Below, piece after piece: positions 50,711-63,853 of a DNA stretch of 64,000 nt. The stretch is from assembly GCA_030390025.1 (NCBI GenBank), contig CM059432.1, positions 136,960,001 to 137,024,000 of the forward strand, in the 5' to 3' direction. The position numbers were made by a program, and so were the translations under genes. This DNA comes from Squalus acanthias. Taxonomy: Eukaryota. The notes below the pieces were generated by a model. The model had not been told where the DNA came from and ran no database searches. It worked only from the letters and a program-made list of their open reading frames with translations. The stretch's first letter is position 1, and each line of letters starts with the position of its first letter.

Positions 50711-51152
50711 TATTAGTCAACAGCCCCATCATCATTGCATCATGCAACTACCAGGATGGTAGAAGGCAAACTAGATGGACCTTGTCTAGCAATTCCTATG
50801 TAACATCATTGGAAACAAATTTAGATACAACTATCATGAGTTTCGTTTCCTCTGATGCCATTTAGGATTGTATGTATGTTCATTTATTAAGATAAGTCAT
50901 CATTCATTCTACTTTTCACTTTTTTTTACATTTCAGATAGATGAAATATATGAGCTCCTGTCTCACTCTGAAAGGGGAGGTGTTTTTTTTAAACATTTTC
51001 ACAAATGAACAAATCAAATAATTAATTTGATTTTCAGAATTTTTTTAATTTTTATTATATCTTAAAGGTATTTTTTTCCTCATTCCTTCCCCACCTAATA
51101 CACCGTGTGTGTGATAAGGGAAGCAGGTGGCCGGGCAGGTTACTTACTCCTA

Positions 51153-51984
51153 GGGCTGGATTTTGCCAATGGGGAGCTTTTGGAGGCGGGACTCCCACTT
51201 GTCGGGTTTTAGTCCCGCCTCCATCGACTTCTGGCCAACCCACGCTATTTTCCCTTGATTGACCTTGTTAAGCCCGCCCAGTGGGCTTAGCAGGCCAATT
51301 AAGGGGAAGCCAGTTACAGAGAATGTCAGCGTATGAGATTTCATCTGTCAAAAATTTTTGACAGATAAATTGTCATCATTTGACAACTCTGTGAAGCGGT
51401 CAAACACTGACATTCTCTGTAGTTTGATGAGTTCTTGTATTTAAGACTCATCAAACCTCTTTCTTTAGCGGAAATTAGATGGTTGTTGCATTGGAGAATG
51501 CAGCAGCCATCTGTCATCTCTGCCGCGGAGGTGCGAGACTCTCCGCATACTCACCGATTGAAGCCTGCAGGAAGAAACAAAGGTAAGTAAACTTTTTCTA
51601 ACACTTTCCACTTACCTCAGATACTCACCTCTCCACACTTGCACCCATCAGTGCACTTTTGCACCCCTCCGACCCCCGCAGACCCACTACTCGCCTCGGT
51701 GACCCTGGCGGGGTTCACAGCCTTCTGGAAGCCTGCACTTGTGTGGGTAAAATGGGGATAATCCTCTTATCTGCCTGTTAACTACCTGTTAACAGGCAGT
51801 TAAGTGCCTGTAATCCCCTTCTGCCTCTAGGAGACGGGACCCGGCGCGGGTCGGGTACCCGCCTCCTGGGAAGATGGCACGGAGGCGGGTTGGGGACGGG
51901 ATGGGCACCCGCCCCTAAATTCTGCCATTTTCCTGGCAACCCAGCCTCCAAACCCGCCTTCCCAAGGCTGGCAAGATCGCGCCC
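51153..51984 (+). mobile_element. Harbinger-type non-autonomous element
   Basis: TIRs gggctggattttgcca / tggcaagatcgcgccc; flanks cta and tta; inverted, internally deleted copy at ~61560-61900. Confidence 0.8.
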
Positions 51985-52080
51985 TTAGTCCTCAACTGAT
52001 GTCACTCAGAAATCAGCCATCAAGAAGTGTAGACGAGTGACCAGGATTCACTCTTTTTAGGATTTTCCCTGCCTCTCTAG

Positions 52081-52507
52081 GTGTCAGCCGTGGCTTAGTG
52101 GGTAGCACTCTCACCTCTGATTTGGTAGGTTGTGGGTTCAAGTCCTGCTCCAGAGACTTGAGCACAAAATCCAGGCTGATACGCCAGTGCAGTACTGAGG
52201 GAATACTGCACTGTCAGAGGTGCCGTTTTTTCAGATGAGACTTTAAACCAAGCCCTGTAAGCTGTTGAAGGTGGATCCCATGGCACTAATTCAAAGAAGA
52301 GAAGGGAGTTCTCCCCGGTGTCCTGGCTAATAGTTATCTGCTCATTATAACATTGCTGTTTGCGGGACCTTGCTATGCACTAATTAGCTGCCACGTTTCC
52401 TCCATTACAACAGTGGCCACACTTCAAAAGTGCTTCATTGGCTATAAAGAGCTTTGGGATATCCTAAGGTCATAAAAGGCGCTATATAAATACAAGCCTT
52501 TCTCTTT
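52081..52507 (+). mobile_element. SacSINE1-type SINE
   Basis: Head, core and tail. Confidence 0.88.
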
Positions 52508-53015
52508 GTGCATACATCTAGTGCCTGGTATTTTCTTTGGCATCACTGTATTTGGACAAGTAACAAGAGATCAATTCAACCATTGGCCCACACCAATTAC
52601 AGGTAGGCAAGCTTTATACAGCGACTTACAAAACCTTTAAAAGCTGACAAACAGCCTTAAAAAAAAATAAAGCTGACAACTCAAAAAAGGGCATGGAATC
52701 AAGGCTTGTGACCAAGACAACTACCTCAAAAAGGTGACTGAGGAAGTGAACTTTCCTTTTTACTGCGTTGGAATTTAGGATTTTTATTAGCATTTTGGGA
52801 TCACATTCTGCAATTCAGTTTGGTTTTTTTCCTGTGAGAACTGAAACTCAGATGTTCTCGTGGACGGAATGACATCAGACAGCAGTGAGACATGAGCTCG
52901 TCGCAAGATCAGCTACAGCTGGTTTCATTAAAGTGGGTAAAATAAACATCTGAAGTAAACAAGTGTCATTTTTGCCGTGACAGATTTTGAAATTTCTGAA
53001 GGAGGAGAAATGAGC

Positions 53016-53196
53016 TGGGCCAATATTTACCCCTCAATCAACATCACTGAAACAGATTATCTGGTCATTATCACGTTGCTGTTTGTGGGAGCTTGCTGTG
53101 CACAAATTGGCTGCCATGTTTCCTACATTACAACAGTGACTACACTTCAAAAAGTACTTCATTGGTTGTAAAGCGCTTTGGGACGTCCGGTGGTCG
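53016..53196 (+). mobile_element. SacSINE1-type fragment
   Basis: Matches the SINE 3' half. Confidence 0.82.
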
Positions 53197-54311
53197 TGTA
53201 TCCATCTCATTGTCCTCAAGATATAGGCCTCTAAACTTTCTCCTGTCTTTACCCCATCTCTTCAATCTCTTTTACACCCAGGTACAAATGTGTGAGTTCT
53301 ACGTGTAGCAGTTGGAACTATAATGTTCAGACAAAGTCTGATGATTTAAATTGCAAACGGTGGCATGGAGGATGGGATAATGGGATAAACTTCCAGCCAC
53401 AGTACTTACACTGTCCACCGCCATGACTAATGCGAATTCTATACCGTAGAATGTTGATAAGCATCGGCAGCCAAGTTGTAAATGCCCAGACCTTCGTGAC
53501 TGAAAGCTGGAAGAAAGTTCTGAGGACTGAGGCTACTTACGTTGACTAAACAAGCCAAGACGAGATGGATGCTATGCTTTATTTGGTCACGTTCCAGCAA
53601 TAGCAAGAAAAGCTAATCTAGGAGCCACCATGTGAACAGCGCGAATGGGGGCTGAGAAAAACTGGCCATCCGTTTGACCTGCAGACTATTTGAAACTATG
53701 CTTTTTATTCAAAACCTTTGCATGAAACAAACCATCTGTTTTCTTGCCTTTAGTACAGGAAGGGAAGTTAAAAAATATCCGTATTTGATACAGACAGGGT
53801 TATTACATCATTTGCATACAGATAATGGTTCCTGAACCTTCACTGGGTAGATAATTAGGCCCCATAGCTTCAGATAGCTTACTTGTAGGTTTTACAACTT
53901 GACATCCAAAGATAAATATTTTTCCATAAATCGTCCATGTTTCATCCTCAGCAGTAATAATGCTGATACTTAAAAAGTCATTTGGTTTGTGCAGTCTGCA
54001 TTTAATAGCTTGCCAAAATCAAATACACAGTTAGAGTGTCCCGACCATACCGCCATCAAGATACTTAAACCATATGTATGTTTCTGTATCTTTAAATCGC
54101 AGATCTATCTCACACTGCGAAGGGTTTTCTCAGCAATCCAGGGGGTAGATTTTGATCTTGTGCAACAGTGTAAAACGGAGATCACATGGCTGCGGGGGAT
54201 GGGGGAGGGGGGAAGGAAAGTAGTCTTTAGTCATGATGGTCCAGGCATCATGGAGCGTGGGGCAGGCTTGATGGTCTTTTCCTGCCCATCAATCTTGCAC
54301 GTTCGTATCAA

Positions 54312-54627
54312 TGTCTTTCGGATGAGACGTTAAACCGAGGCCTCGTCTGCCCTCTCAGGTGGACGTAAAAGTTCCCATGCCACTATTTCGAAGAAGAGCA
54401 GGGGAGTTCTCCCCGGTGTCCTGGCCAATATTTATCCCTCAATCAGCATCACTAAAAACAGATTATCTGGTCATTGTCACATTGCTGTTTGTGGGAGCTT
54501 GCTGTGCGCAAATTGGCTGCCGCGTTTCCTACATTACAACAGTGACTACACTCCAAAAGTACTTCATCGGCTGGGACATCCTGAGGTTGCGAAAGGCGCT
54601 AAATAAATGCAAGACTTTCTTTTTCTT
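54312..54627 (+). mobile_element. SacSINE1-type SINE (5'-truncated)
   Basis: Deu core and tail. Confidence 0.88.
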
Positions 54628-56254
54628 TAATGGAAATACAAACGGGGAGAGATGTACAATGGGCTGCTGATTCACTACCACATGTTTAGCACTGTTGCAC
54701 AATGCCAAGATCTACCCCCAGAAATGGAACGTTAACAACAAAAAAAATCTGAACCGTGCAAGATAATTCTCGTCAAAGAAAGGCAGCTGGTTATGGACCT
54801 CTTTGGAAGACCAGCTGTAACTGCAAGTGTCAACTGCATGTTTAAAATGCATTAAATGAGCTGCTTTCAAAGGTAGAAGTTTTCTGTGAGCAACATCACA
54901 GTGTTATTAACTGAGTGATAGGACAAATGGACTATGGATTTTTTTTTAAGTCTCTGACATAATAGTGAAATATCGTATCAGTGAAATAACCTGAATTTGT
55001 TATTGGATTTCACTGTAAGTGCATTATTTCAGATGTTATCTCACACCAGTTTGAAACATCAGTCAGACGAACGGAGGTGTTCAAGCGCAGCTAAGAAATA
55101 GCAAATCTTAGAGCTTGTCACATAACTGCTCTTTAAACAGTAAAGAGGTTTGGAAAATCCATGTGGTTATAATAGAGATGGGGGGGGGGGGGGGAAAGAA
55201 GGGTCAGAACTATTGCCCGTCTGCTAAAGATTCAGCAGTAATATAAGAAAAGGTACACATCAAAACCGGCGGTTATCAAAGCTAGAAAGGATATCGTTTG
55301 TTGGTGAAGTAGTACTGTATTAACAACGAGATACAAGTACACTTTTGTAAATTAATCATTTTAATCCTCAAGTCTGTCATCCCTAATCCCTATTCAGTTG
55401 ATATGCCGTGATACCGTTGTATTTTCATTATCACACGCTAAAAGCCAGAGATCAGACCCTGCCTGCTCTGTGGACAGCAGTTTAATAAGAGGGCTGCAAT
55501 AGCTCAGTCCTCTAATACAAATTGCCTACAAGGTCATTCGCTTGAATTTGAGTGGGCACTTGACAAGAGAAGCATGCTGTCAGCCCCTTTCTAACTCCCA
55601 TTGTTGAGGGTGACTTTGTACTGTGACCAATTCTCTACTGTCCCTTATAAGCCTTTCAGGTGTAAGATAACAGCAGGACTGTTTTTTTTTGTCCGTCATA
55701 CTGTAATCTGACAAGACAGAACTGTCAGGAATTCACCGCAAACATTCTGATTCATTGCAAAATACACCAGCCTAGACGCTTGTGTGTTTCGCTCTGACAT
55801 CTGTATGGCTGGGTGCCAAGCACACAGCAGGCTACCAATATTGCAGTTCGACAAGCACTATAAAGGTTAAAGAATACTGTAAAAAATAACTAATCCGAGC
55901 GCCACTTCTTCACCACACTAAGTACAGCTATCCATCTTCTGCCGCCGCACCGTGCCCCGATAGCAGAACCATTTTCAGCTGTTGCGAAAATAAAGTATGG
56001 CTGCACGTCTGGCCTTGGGTGTCAAGGAGCCTTAGCAGAAATCCAGGATGAAGCCGGAAGTCACTGACTGCATCAGCAGCTCGCACCGAAAATAAGGGTT
56101 TGTTTGCATAATTGCTTGTTATTTTCACTACTATAAAAAGTCAGAGAGAGACGAACAATTGCATGGGATTTTACTGCAACAGGAGCTGGAATTGTTAGTG
56201 GAATACAGATCATATATCCAGCAGACTACGATCACATCGTATTTTCTTTTCTTA

Positions 56255-58150
56255 AGAGAGGGTGCAGAGGAGATTTACTGGAATGGTACCAGGGATGAGG
56301 GACTTAGGGCTAAAAATTGAGTAGTGACCCCTTTGGGGCGCTAATATTAGCGCCCCCGCGACAGAAATTGAGTGGTAGCGCCCCAAGAGGGAAGCGGGGC
56401 GCTACTAGAAGTGCCCCGCCTCCTTCTTGGGGCGCTGCGAGGGAATATCGTGGCACGGTATTGCAGGCCTTCCTCCCCTTCTTAAAGGGGAGGGGCCTTG
56501 CGCAGCGTGACCCGGGGCCCAGCTGGGCCACCAGGGATTGGAGTGCCGGCAAAAGAGCCCGGCACTCAAGAGAAGTGCCGGGCTCATGGAGCGCAGCCGG
56601 CACTCCGCGGAGGGGGGGGAGGGTAAGGAGACCGGGGACGGGAACGGAGGCAGATACTGGCAGGCGGCCAGCAACAAAAATGGCCGCCCCGCACCTCGCC
56701 TTTAAATAGCGCCTCCCCGGCCGCAGGTAGGCCCCCCTGACCCCGTCGGACATAGTGTCCGGCAGTAAGTCAAGGGGCGCTCCCGAAGATCGCAGCCGGG
56801 GCGCGAGTGGGGCGCTGCGCACGGCGATGACGTCATCACCGGCGGCGCAGCGCCGTGGGGCACTACCGGTTACCTCCGCCGCTAACCTCCCGCTGAATTT
56901 CGCGGGAGGCGTTGGCGGCGCCGTGCCCGGGCGCTAGTTGTTTTGCGCCCCGTTAGCACCCTCTTAGGGCACTAATGGGAGGCGCAAAGCAACCGAATTA
57001 TTCCCCCTTAGAATCTTATAGCACAGAAGGAGGCCAACCTGGCCCGTGGTGCCTGTGCCGGCTCTTTGAAAGAACTGTCCAATTTAGATCCACACCCTGG
57101 CTTTGTTCCCGCCCCCCTCCTCCATATTACCCTGCAAATTTATCATCTACAAGTAAATCACCAATTGCCTTCTAGAAGTTCCTATGAATCTGACTTCAGT
57201 TATGTGGAGAGACTAGAGAAGCTCAGATTGTTCTCCTTAGAGCAGAGAAGGTTAAGGGGAGATTTAATAGAGGCGTTCAAAATCATGAGGGTTTTTGATA
57301 GCGTACATAGGGAGAAACTGGCCCTTAAATTAACTGGGGTGGGTTTTGTGAGCGAAGGGTGTGGGGAGGGGTGGGGCAGGGTGGAGAAGGAAGAGGTTTA
57401 CACAGCGGTGTCTTTTTTTCCAAGCAGGCTCCCTGCCCGGAAGCCAACCTGATTGACAGGCTTGGCTCCCTGTCGGGCAGGGATCGCTCCAGAGGAGGCC
57501 TGCAGGCCAGGGGCAGGTAGGGAGCCTGCAGCTGGGTTAACGGGAGCATGGTGGGGGTCCGGATCTTGGGGGGGGAGGGGGGTGGTGGTGGTGGTTGCCG
57601 AGTTGGGGTGGGGATGGGGTCCAATTTCGGGAGGTCCGATCGCGGTGGGCTTCAGATGGGGGCGTGGGGGGGTTCTGATGGCAGGAAAGAAGGTAAGCTT
57701 AGTGGGCTGGGGCGGGGGGAGCACTCTGCTCCTCCTGGCCCACAAGCAGTGCTATAACAGCACTTACCTTTTCCACTAAGCTGTCCTCGCCTCACTTTAG
57801 CTGCTGGGTTTCCTGAGGCCCGGGAAACCCGGCTGGTCAGGGTTAAACCTGGAAGACAGGTTAAATATGAGGCACGCAGCCGCATTATAATATTCAAATG
57901 GCTAACCCGCCTCCTGGGAGCGGGTTGGTTACCCGGCAACCAAACCCCCCGGCCCGCCTCCGTTAACACCGAAAGTGGGCAGATTCAGTAGTTACTTTCA
58001 AAAGGGAATCGGATAAATACTTGAAAAAGGAAATATTTTCAGGGCTATGGGGAAAGAGCAGGTGAATGGAACTAATTGGATAGTTCTTTCAAAGAGCCAG
58101 CACAGGCACGATGGGCCGAATTGGCTCCTTCTGTGCTGTATGATTCTATG
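56255..58150 (+). mobile_element. CR1 3' region carrying stacked insertions
   Basis: CR1 pieces at 56255-56305, 57192-57320 (FSYVERLEKLRLFSLEQRRLRGDL) and 57981-58150. Confidence 0.8.
56307..57007. mobile_element. GC-rich Harbinger-type MITE
   Basis: TIRs gggctaaaaatt / aattattccccc; TSD TTA on both sides. Confidence 0.85.
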
Positions 58151-58554
58151 AAGATACAAGCAAGTACTTTTCAGATTCCTGGGACTTGTTACTTTTGGAA
58201 GCAGTTTTCGAAAAAAACTTTTCATTAAAAAGAAATTTTTTCTCATCTTTCCTGAAGGTGGTTAACTCCTTCTGGGGCCGGTTCAATGGTTTTTGACAAG
58301 CCTCCAATTTAACACCCTAATAGATCTAGACACTGTTTTACAATCCAATATTTCTGAAATGCAGTTATCCAAACCGAAACATTGACGAACAAGATGTTAA
58401 ATACAATCCTTTGTAAAACAGCCACATCAGTTGGATGAGCAATCAACAATCGACTTCTAGACCCAGATTTTCCTCAGTTATACCGTCCAATTTCAGGTGA
58501 TTCTGGCCTGCGGCAGGGGTTGGAAATCAATCTGTTCCACCGACCCCCCCCCCC

Positions 58555-58875
58555 CAACACCACCAGCGATCTCCCAAACCCGTGACCTCCATCACCTAGA
58601 AGGACAAGAGCAGCAGGCGCATGGGAACACCACCACCTCCAAGTCACACACCATTCTGAGACTTGGACATATATCGCCATTCCTTCATCGTCGCTGGGTT
58701 AAAATCCTGGAACGCCCTCCCTAACAGCACTGTGGGAGTACCTTCACCGCACGGACTGCAGCGATTCCAGAAAGCAGCTCACCACCAACCTTCTCATGGG
58801 GAACTAGGGATGGGCAATAAATGCTGGCCTTGCCAGCGACGCCAATATCCCGCGAATGAATAAATAAAAAAATAA
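58555..58875 (+). mobile_element. Zenon-like LINE 3' end
   Basis: Matches 42936-43250 in reverse. Confidence 0.85.
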
Positions 58876-59692
58876 CAAAAATCTCTACCACTTCCAGGGT
58901 TTCCTGCTGGAACTCATAGAAAATGTTGACAAGTTCATAGAATCCTACAGCACAGAAGGAGGCCACTCGGCCCATTGTGCCTGCGCCGGCTCTTTGAAGA
59001 GCTATCCAATTATTCCCACTCCCCTGCTCTTTCCCCATAGCCCTATAAATTTTTTCCCTTCAAGTATTTATCCATCAGCTTATTACTGGCATCCAGAGTT
59101 GCCAATGGCCAGCAGAAAGATCTGAAGACTTGCATTTCTATCGCGCTTTTCACGATCTCAGGACGTCCCAATGCACTTTACAGCCAATGAAGTACTTTGG
59201 AAGTGTAGGCAGAGTAATAATGTAGGAGTAGAATCCACTGTGATTTGATTGATTGACTTTGTGCCTAGTGAAATTTAAATTAAAAATGAGGGCTTCCTCT
59301 GACAATAGTAGGCCCCACTGAGGCCTGCAGTAGCCATCTTGCATCACTCCTCCAAGATGGCCACCTTGGCGCAGGCGAAATGAGGTCGGCCCCAGGACAT
59401 TTGCCAGAGATAGAGGCGGGGAAATTTTTTTCTTTTTAAACTTTCGATCGGGCGGGCAAGATACTCATCCCACCACACATCCGGTGGCAATGCTGCCACT
59501 GGAGGGAAATCTGAGCCTTAATGTACCTCACAGCACCTATGCAGGCGACTTATAGGCAAAGGAGAAAGTTTTGCGGCTAACAGTGAGAGGGAGGGCGTAA
59601 ATAGGCCTGTTGTTCCATCGATTTGATGGGACCGGTGATCCCACCAGGACTGTGCTAATGGGACTGCTGGAAAAACTAAAGGCTACTTATTA

Positions 59693-60351
59693 CGCAACAA
59701 TCACCAGGCAGGAGTGTTCCCTCCCAGTCGGGGAACACTTCAGCAGTCAAGGACATTCAGCCTCGGATCTGCGGGTAAGCGTTCTCCAAGGCGGCCTTAG
59801 AAACACACGACAACGCAAAATCATCGAGCAGAAACTGATAGCCAAGTTCCGCACTCATGAGGACGGCCTCAACCGGGATCTTGGGTTTATGTCACGATAC
59901 ATGACGTGATCCAGACTCGAGTCGTCGTTGGCTTGTTCACAGATGTGATTCCCAGTAAAAAAGTAAAAATTTTAAAGTTTATCGTTTCCCATACCGACTG
60001 CGGCTTTTGACACATTGGACCCCCTGTGACTCCACCTCATTGTCTCAGTTGTATCTTGCTATGTCTTTGATGTGGTACCTTCCTGGCTGACCTGATTGCC
60101 TTTTGTCACACCTCGGCAGATAAACAGTCAGGATTTAAATGTAGTCGTCTGCCATTGTAAGTTACACATGCATTGTTCTCTATCTATATATGCTTTGGCG
60201 ATTCTGTATTTCTTCACTTCACCTGAGGAAGGGGCGATCGATAGCTCCGAAAGCTTGTGATTTCAAATAAAACTGTTGGACTATAACCTGGTGTTGTGCG
60301 ACTTCTCATTTTTGTCCACCCCAGTCCAACACCGGCATCTCCGCATCATGA
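59693..60351 (+). mobile_element. Penelope-like retroelement 3' fragment (endonuclease C-terminus + pLTR)
   Basis: SLPVGEHFSSQGHSASDLRVSVLQGG...EQKLIAKFRTHEDGLNRD resembles the end of a PLE GIY-YIG domain; flanked by the direct repeat ctacttatta (59683-59692, 60352-60361). Confidence 0.88.
60219..60260 (+). ncRNA. Minimal type I hammerhead ribozyme motif, intact core
   Basis: tcac CTGAGGA a GGGGC gatcgata GCTCC GAAA GCTT gtga. Confidence 0.8.
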
Positions 60352-60376
60352 CTACTTATTATAGTGATAGGGATGC

Positions 60377-60668
60377 CTTGCCAACCCTCCAGGATTGTCC
60401 TGGAGTCACCAGGAATTTAAGTATAATCTCCTGGACACTGCAGTGAGCAACACGGGAGAGAAATCATAGAGGAATTTTAGAAACGTGCTATTTTTTTCCT
60501 CCTTTTTCTTTTGGAACACTTTTTTCTGAGTTATAAAAATATTGGAGATCGGAGTGGGGGGGGGGTGGGTGCAAAAAAAAGGGCTATTTTACCGGGTGGG
60601 GCGGTTAGAGGCTGGAAGTCATGTGATGAAACCTCCAGGAATATGTCCAACCAGAGTTGGCAACCCTA
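60377..60668. mobile_element. hAT-like MITE, second copy
   Basis: Homologous to 35725-35965; ends gttggcaacccta. Confidence 0.6.
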
Positions 60669-61979
60669 ATGAGATGAAGCCTGATTATGGTATTGTTGAG
60701 GTAGCTTCCAACGCGATCTGTCAGATTGAGTTGAAGAATTTCACAAGGCCTGTGCTGCACTGAGTGGTAACCTGATTTTCTTGTGTCGCAATAAATTGCC
60801 TTTGTTTGTATCCAAATGTCTACCGCAATCCATCCCAAACTGGTAATGCAAGGGGTGGTTGGGGTGGTTGTGGGGGGGAAGTCAGCTTGCCGTGAGAGAC
60901 ATACTAAAGGCTGCATGGATGAGACAGAAACATGACGAACTAAGCTGATCTGAACAGAACCAGTTCACTGAAAAGGGGTCAGTCACCTTTTTAGTAAATA
61001 GAATAATTCAATGCTAGCCGGTCAAGATTTTTTTTCGGTCCCAAACCAAATATGCTCACTAATGAAGATAATAACTCGTATATTCCGATCCCTACGGGTG
61101 TGTATGCGCTGCGCTGAAAACCGGCATTTCCGATCTGTGAAGAATGCTCTTGACAGATCGGACGCCTGCCCTGGAGAAGGGCCTCTGCGGGCGGATAGTT
61201 CCGCTTTCTGGAGAACCTCCGCCCACTGAAAACCCTTAGAAATCTTGTGCCTGGTAATAGCAAGCGTAAGGCCTGCTTTTACCAGCGTAAGAGTTGAAAA
61301 AAAGTAAAAAACAAAAAAAAATGTTTTTCACTCATTTATAATTTTAAATACAGTACTTTTAAAAAAGGTAAGTTTATTTTTAGCCCCGTAAAAAACTTTA
61401 ATTATTTTTTCAAAAAATTAAATTTTTGTTTAAAATATTTCATTTAATGTAATTTTAACTAATTTTAAAAATGTGATTTAAAAAAAAAATTATTGAATGT
61501 TTTGATGTGTTTTTGGAGTGATCTCCATTCATACTTTTGACAGGTCTATCTAGATAAGAGGCTTCCCGAAGGCTCTGAACCCCGCCAGGGTCACCGAGGC
61601 GAGCAGTGGGTCTGCGGGGGTCGGAGAGGTGCAAAAGTGCGCTGTGAAGGTAAGTGATGGGTGCAAGTGTGGAGAGGTGAGTATCTGAGGTAAGAGGAAA
61701 GTGTTAGAAAAAGTTTACTTACCTTTGTTTCTTCCTGCAGGCTTCAAATCGGTGGGTATGCGGAGAGTCTCGCACCTCCGCGGCAGAGATGACAGATGGC
61801 TGCTGCATTCTCTAATGCAACAACCATCTCATTTCTGCTAAAGAAAGAGGTTTGATGAGTCTTGAATTCAAGAACGCGCCCCCATTGGCAAAATCGCCCC
61901 CTTAGACTCATAAAAGCATTCAAAACTGATCCCTGGTCTGAAATGATTCCCATTAAACAAAGAGCCATGGAAAGATTGA

Positions 61980-62286
61980 AAGGCTTGCATTTATACAGCA
62001 CCTTTCATGACCTCAAGATGTCCCAAAATGCTTTACAGCCAATGAAGTACTATTTTGAAGTGTAGTCAATGTTGTAATGTAGGGAAACGTGGCAGCCAAT
62101 TTGCACACAGCCAGGTCCTACAAACAGCAATGTGATAACAACCAGATCATTTGCTTTTTAGTGATGTTGGTTCAGGGATAAATATTGTCTGGGAAGAACT
62201 CCCCTACTCTTCTTCGGAATAGTGCCATGGGGTCTTTTATGTTCACCTGAAGGGGCAGACGGGGCCTTGATTTAATGTCTCATCCA
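61980..62286 (-). mobile_element. SacSINE1-type SINE (truncated)
   Basis: Reverse tail and core. Confidence 0.82.
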
Positions 62287-62524
62287 ATCATGGAAGGGAA
62301 AGAAGGAGCCTTTCTTGGGATAGTCGATGAAGCAGGGTATAGTTGCAGTGGAGGCTGAGTCCAACGGGAGTTAGTGTTAGCAAGAGGGGGTTTGTGGGTC
62401 AAGACAGATCGTTCTGTCATGGTAAGTAGTAGAGATGTTAGATTTTTTTAATTGCTCTTCTAATATGGCACTATAACCAACAAGCAAGACCAGCACACAT
62501 TAATGGCACAAACCAGGCTTGTAT

Positions 62525-63440
62525 TTTTTTTTAATTCATTTATGGGATGTGGGCGTCGCTGGCAAGGCCAGCATTTATTGCCCATCCCTAATTGCCCTTG
62601 AGAAGGTGGTGGTGAGCCGCCTTCTTGAACCGCTGCAGTCCATGTGGTGAAGGTACTCCCACAGTGCTGCTAGGTAGGGAGTTCCAGGATTTTGACCCAG
62701 CGATGATGAAGGATCGGCGATATACTTCTAAGTCAGGATGGTGTGTGACTTGGAGGGGAACTTGGAGGTGATGGTGTTCCCATGCGCCTGCTGCCCCTGT
62801 CCTTCTAGGTGGTGGAGGTCGCGGGTTTGGGAGATGCTGCCGAAGAAGCCCCTTGGCGAGTTGCTGCAGTGCATCTTGTAGATGGTACACACTGCAGCCA
62901 CGGTACGCCAGTGGTGGAGGGAGTGAATGTTTAAGGTGGTGGATGGGGTGCCAATTAAACGGGCTGCTTTGTCCTGGATGGTGTCGAGCTTCTTGAGTGT
63001 TGCTGGAGCTGCACTCATCCAGGCAAGCGGAGAGTATTCCATCACACTCCTTACTTGTGCCTTGTAGATGGTGGAAAAGCTTTGGGGAGTCAGGAGGTGA
63101 GACACCCACCACAGAATACCCAGCCTCTGACCTGCTCTTGTTGCCACAGTATTTCTGTGGCTGGTCCAGTTAAGTTTCTGGTCAATGGTGACCCCCTAGG
63201 ATGTTGATGGGGGATTCGGCGATGGTAATGCCGTTGAATGTCAAGGGGCGGTGGTTAGACTCTCGCTTGTTAGAGATAGTCATTGCCTGGCACTTCTGTG
63301 GCGCGAATGTTACCTGCCACTTATCAGCCCAAGCCTGAACGACTGCTTCATTATCTGAGGAGTTGTGAATGGCACTGAACACTGTGCAGTCATCAGCAAA
63401 CATCCCCATTTCTGACCTTATGTTGGGGGGAAGGTTATTT
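62525..63440 (-). mobile_element. Zenon-like LINE 3' portion
   Basis: FADDCTVF...YKAQVRSVMEYSPLAW; homologous to 42936-43880. Confidence 0.9.
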
Positions 63441-63447
63441 TTTAAGA

Positions 63448-63758
63448 ACATGCATTTTTTTTACAGTGCCTTTCACAACTTCAGGATTTCCTAAAGTGCT
63501 TTACAGCCAATGAAGTACTTTTGAAGTGTAGTCACTGTTGTAATGCAGGAAACGTGGCAGCCAATTTGCCACAGCAAGCTCCTACAGATAGCAATGTGAT
63601 AATGACCAGATAATCTGTTTTAGTGATGTTGGTTCAGGCATAAATATTGTCCAGGACACCGGGGAGAACTCCCCTGCTCTTCTTCGAAATAGAGCCCTGG
63701 GATCTTTTACATCTACCTTAGAATTCAGACGGGGGCTTCAGTTTAAGGCCTTATCTGA
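63448..63758 (-). mobile_element. SacSINE1-type SINE (truncated)
   Basis: Reverse tail and core. Confidence 0.82.
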
Positions 63759-63853
63759 CGAAAGGTCATCGACCTGAAACGTTAACTCTGTTTCTCTCTC
63801 CACAGATGCTGCCTGAACTGCTGAGTGTTTCCAGCATTTTCTGTTTTTATATT
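63755..63853 (+). ncRNA. PLE terminal fragment beginning with a hammerhead core (second family)
   Basis: CTGACGA a AGGTC atc GACCT GAAA CGTT aac, followed by tctctccacagatgctgcctga...ccagcattttctgttt. Confidence 0.75.

Noticed and set aside
50937..50979. Plus-strand micro-exon candidate IDEIYELLSHSERG (similar short candidates at 4005-4037, 20199-20268, 48903-48956)
   Set aside because: Short, some with weak donors, no recognisable protein, and they do not chain into a gene; expected by chance in 64 kb
53410..53678. Two minus-strand exon-like segments with gtaagt donors
   Set aside because: The upstream one has stops in all frames and the gap between them (~33 nt) is too short for an intron
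56310..56822. 170-aa and overlapping GC-rich ORFs, CpG-island-like
   Set aside because: Lie wholly within a TIR/TSD-bounded MITE; the scarcity of stops reflects GC content
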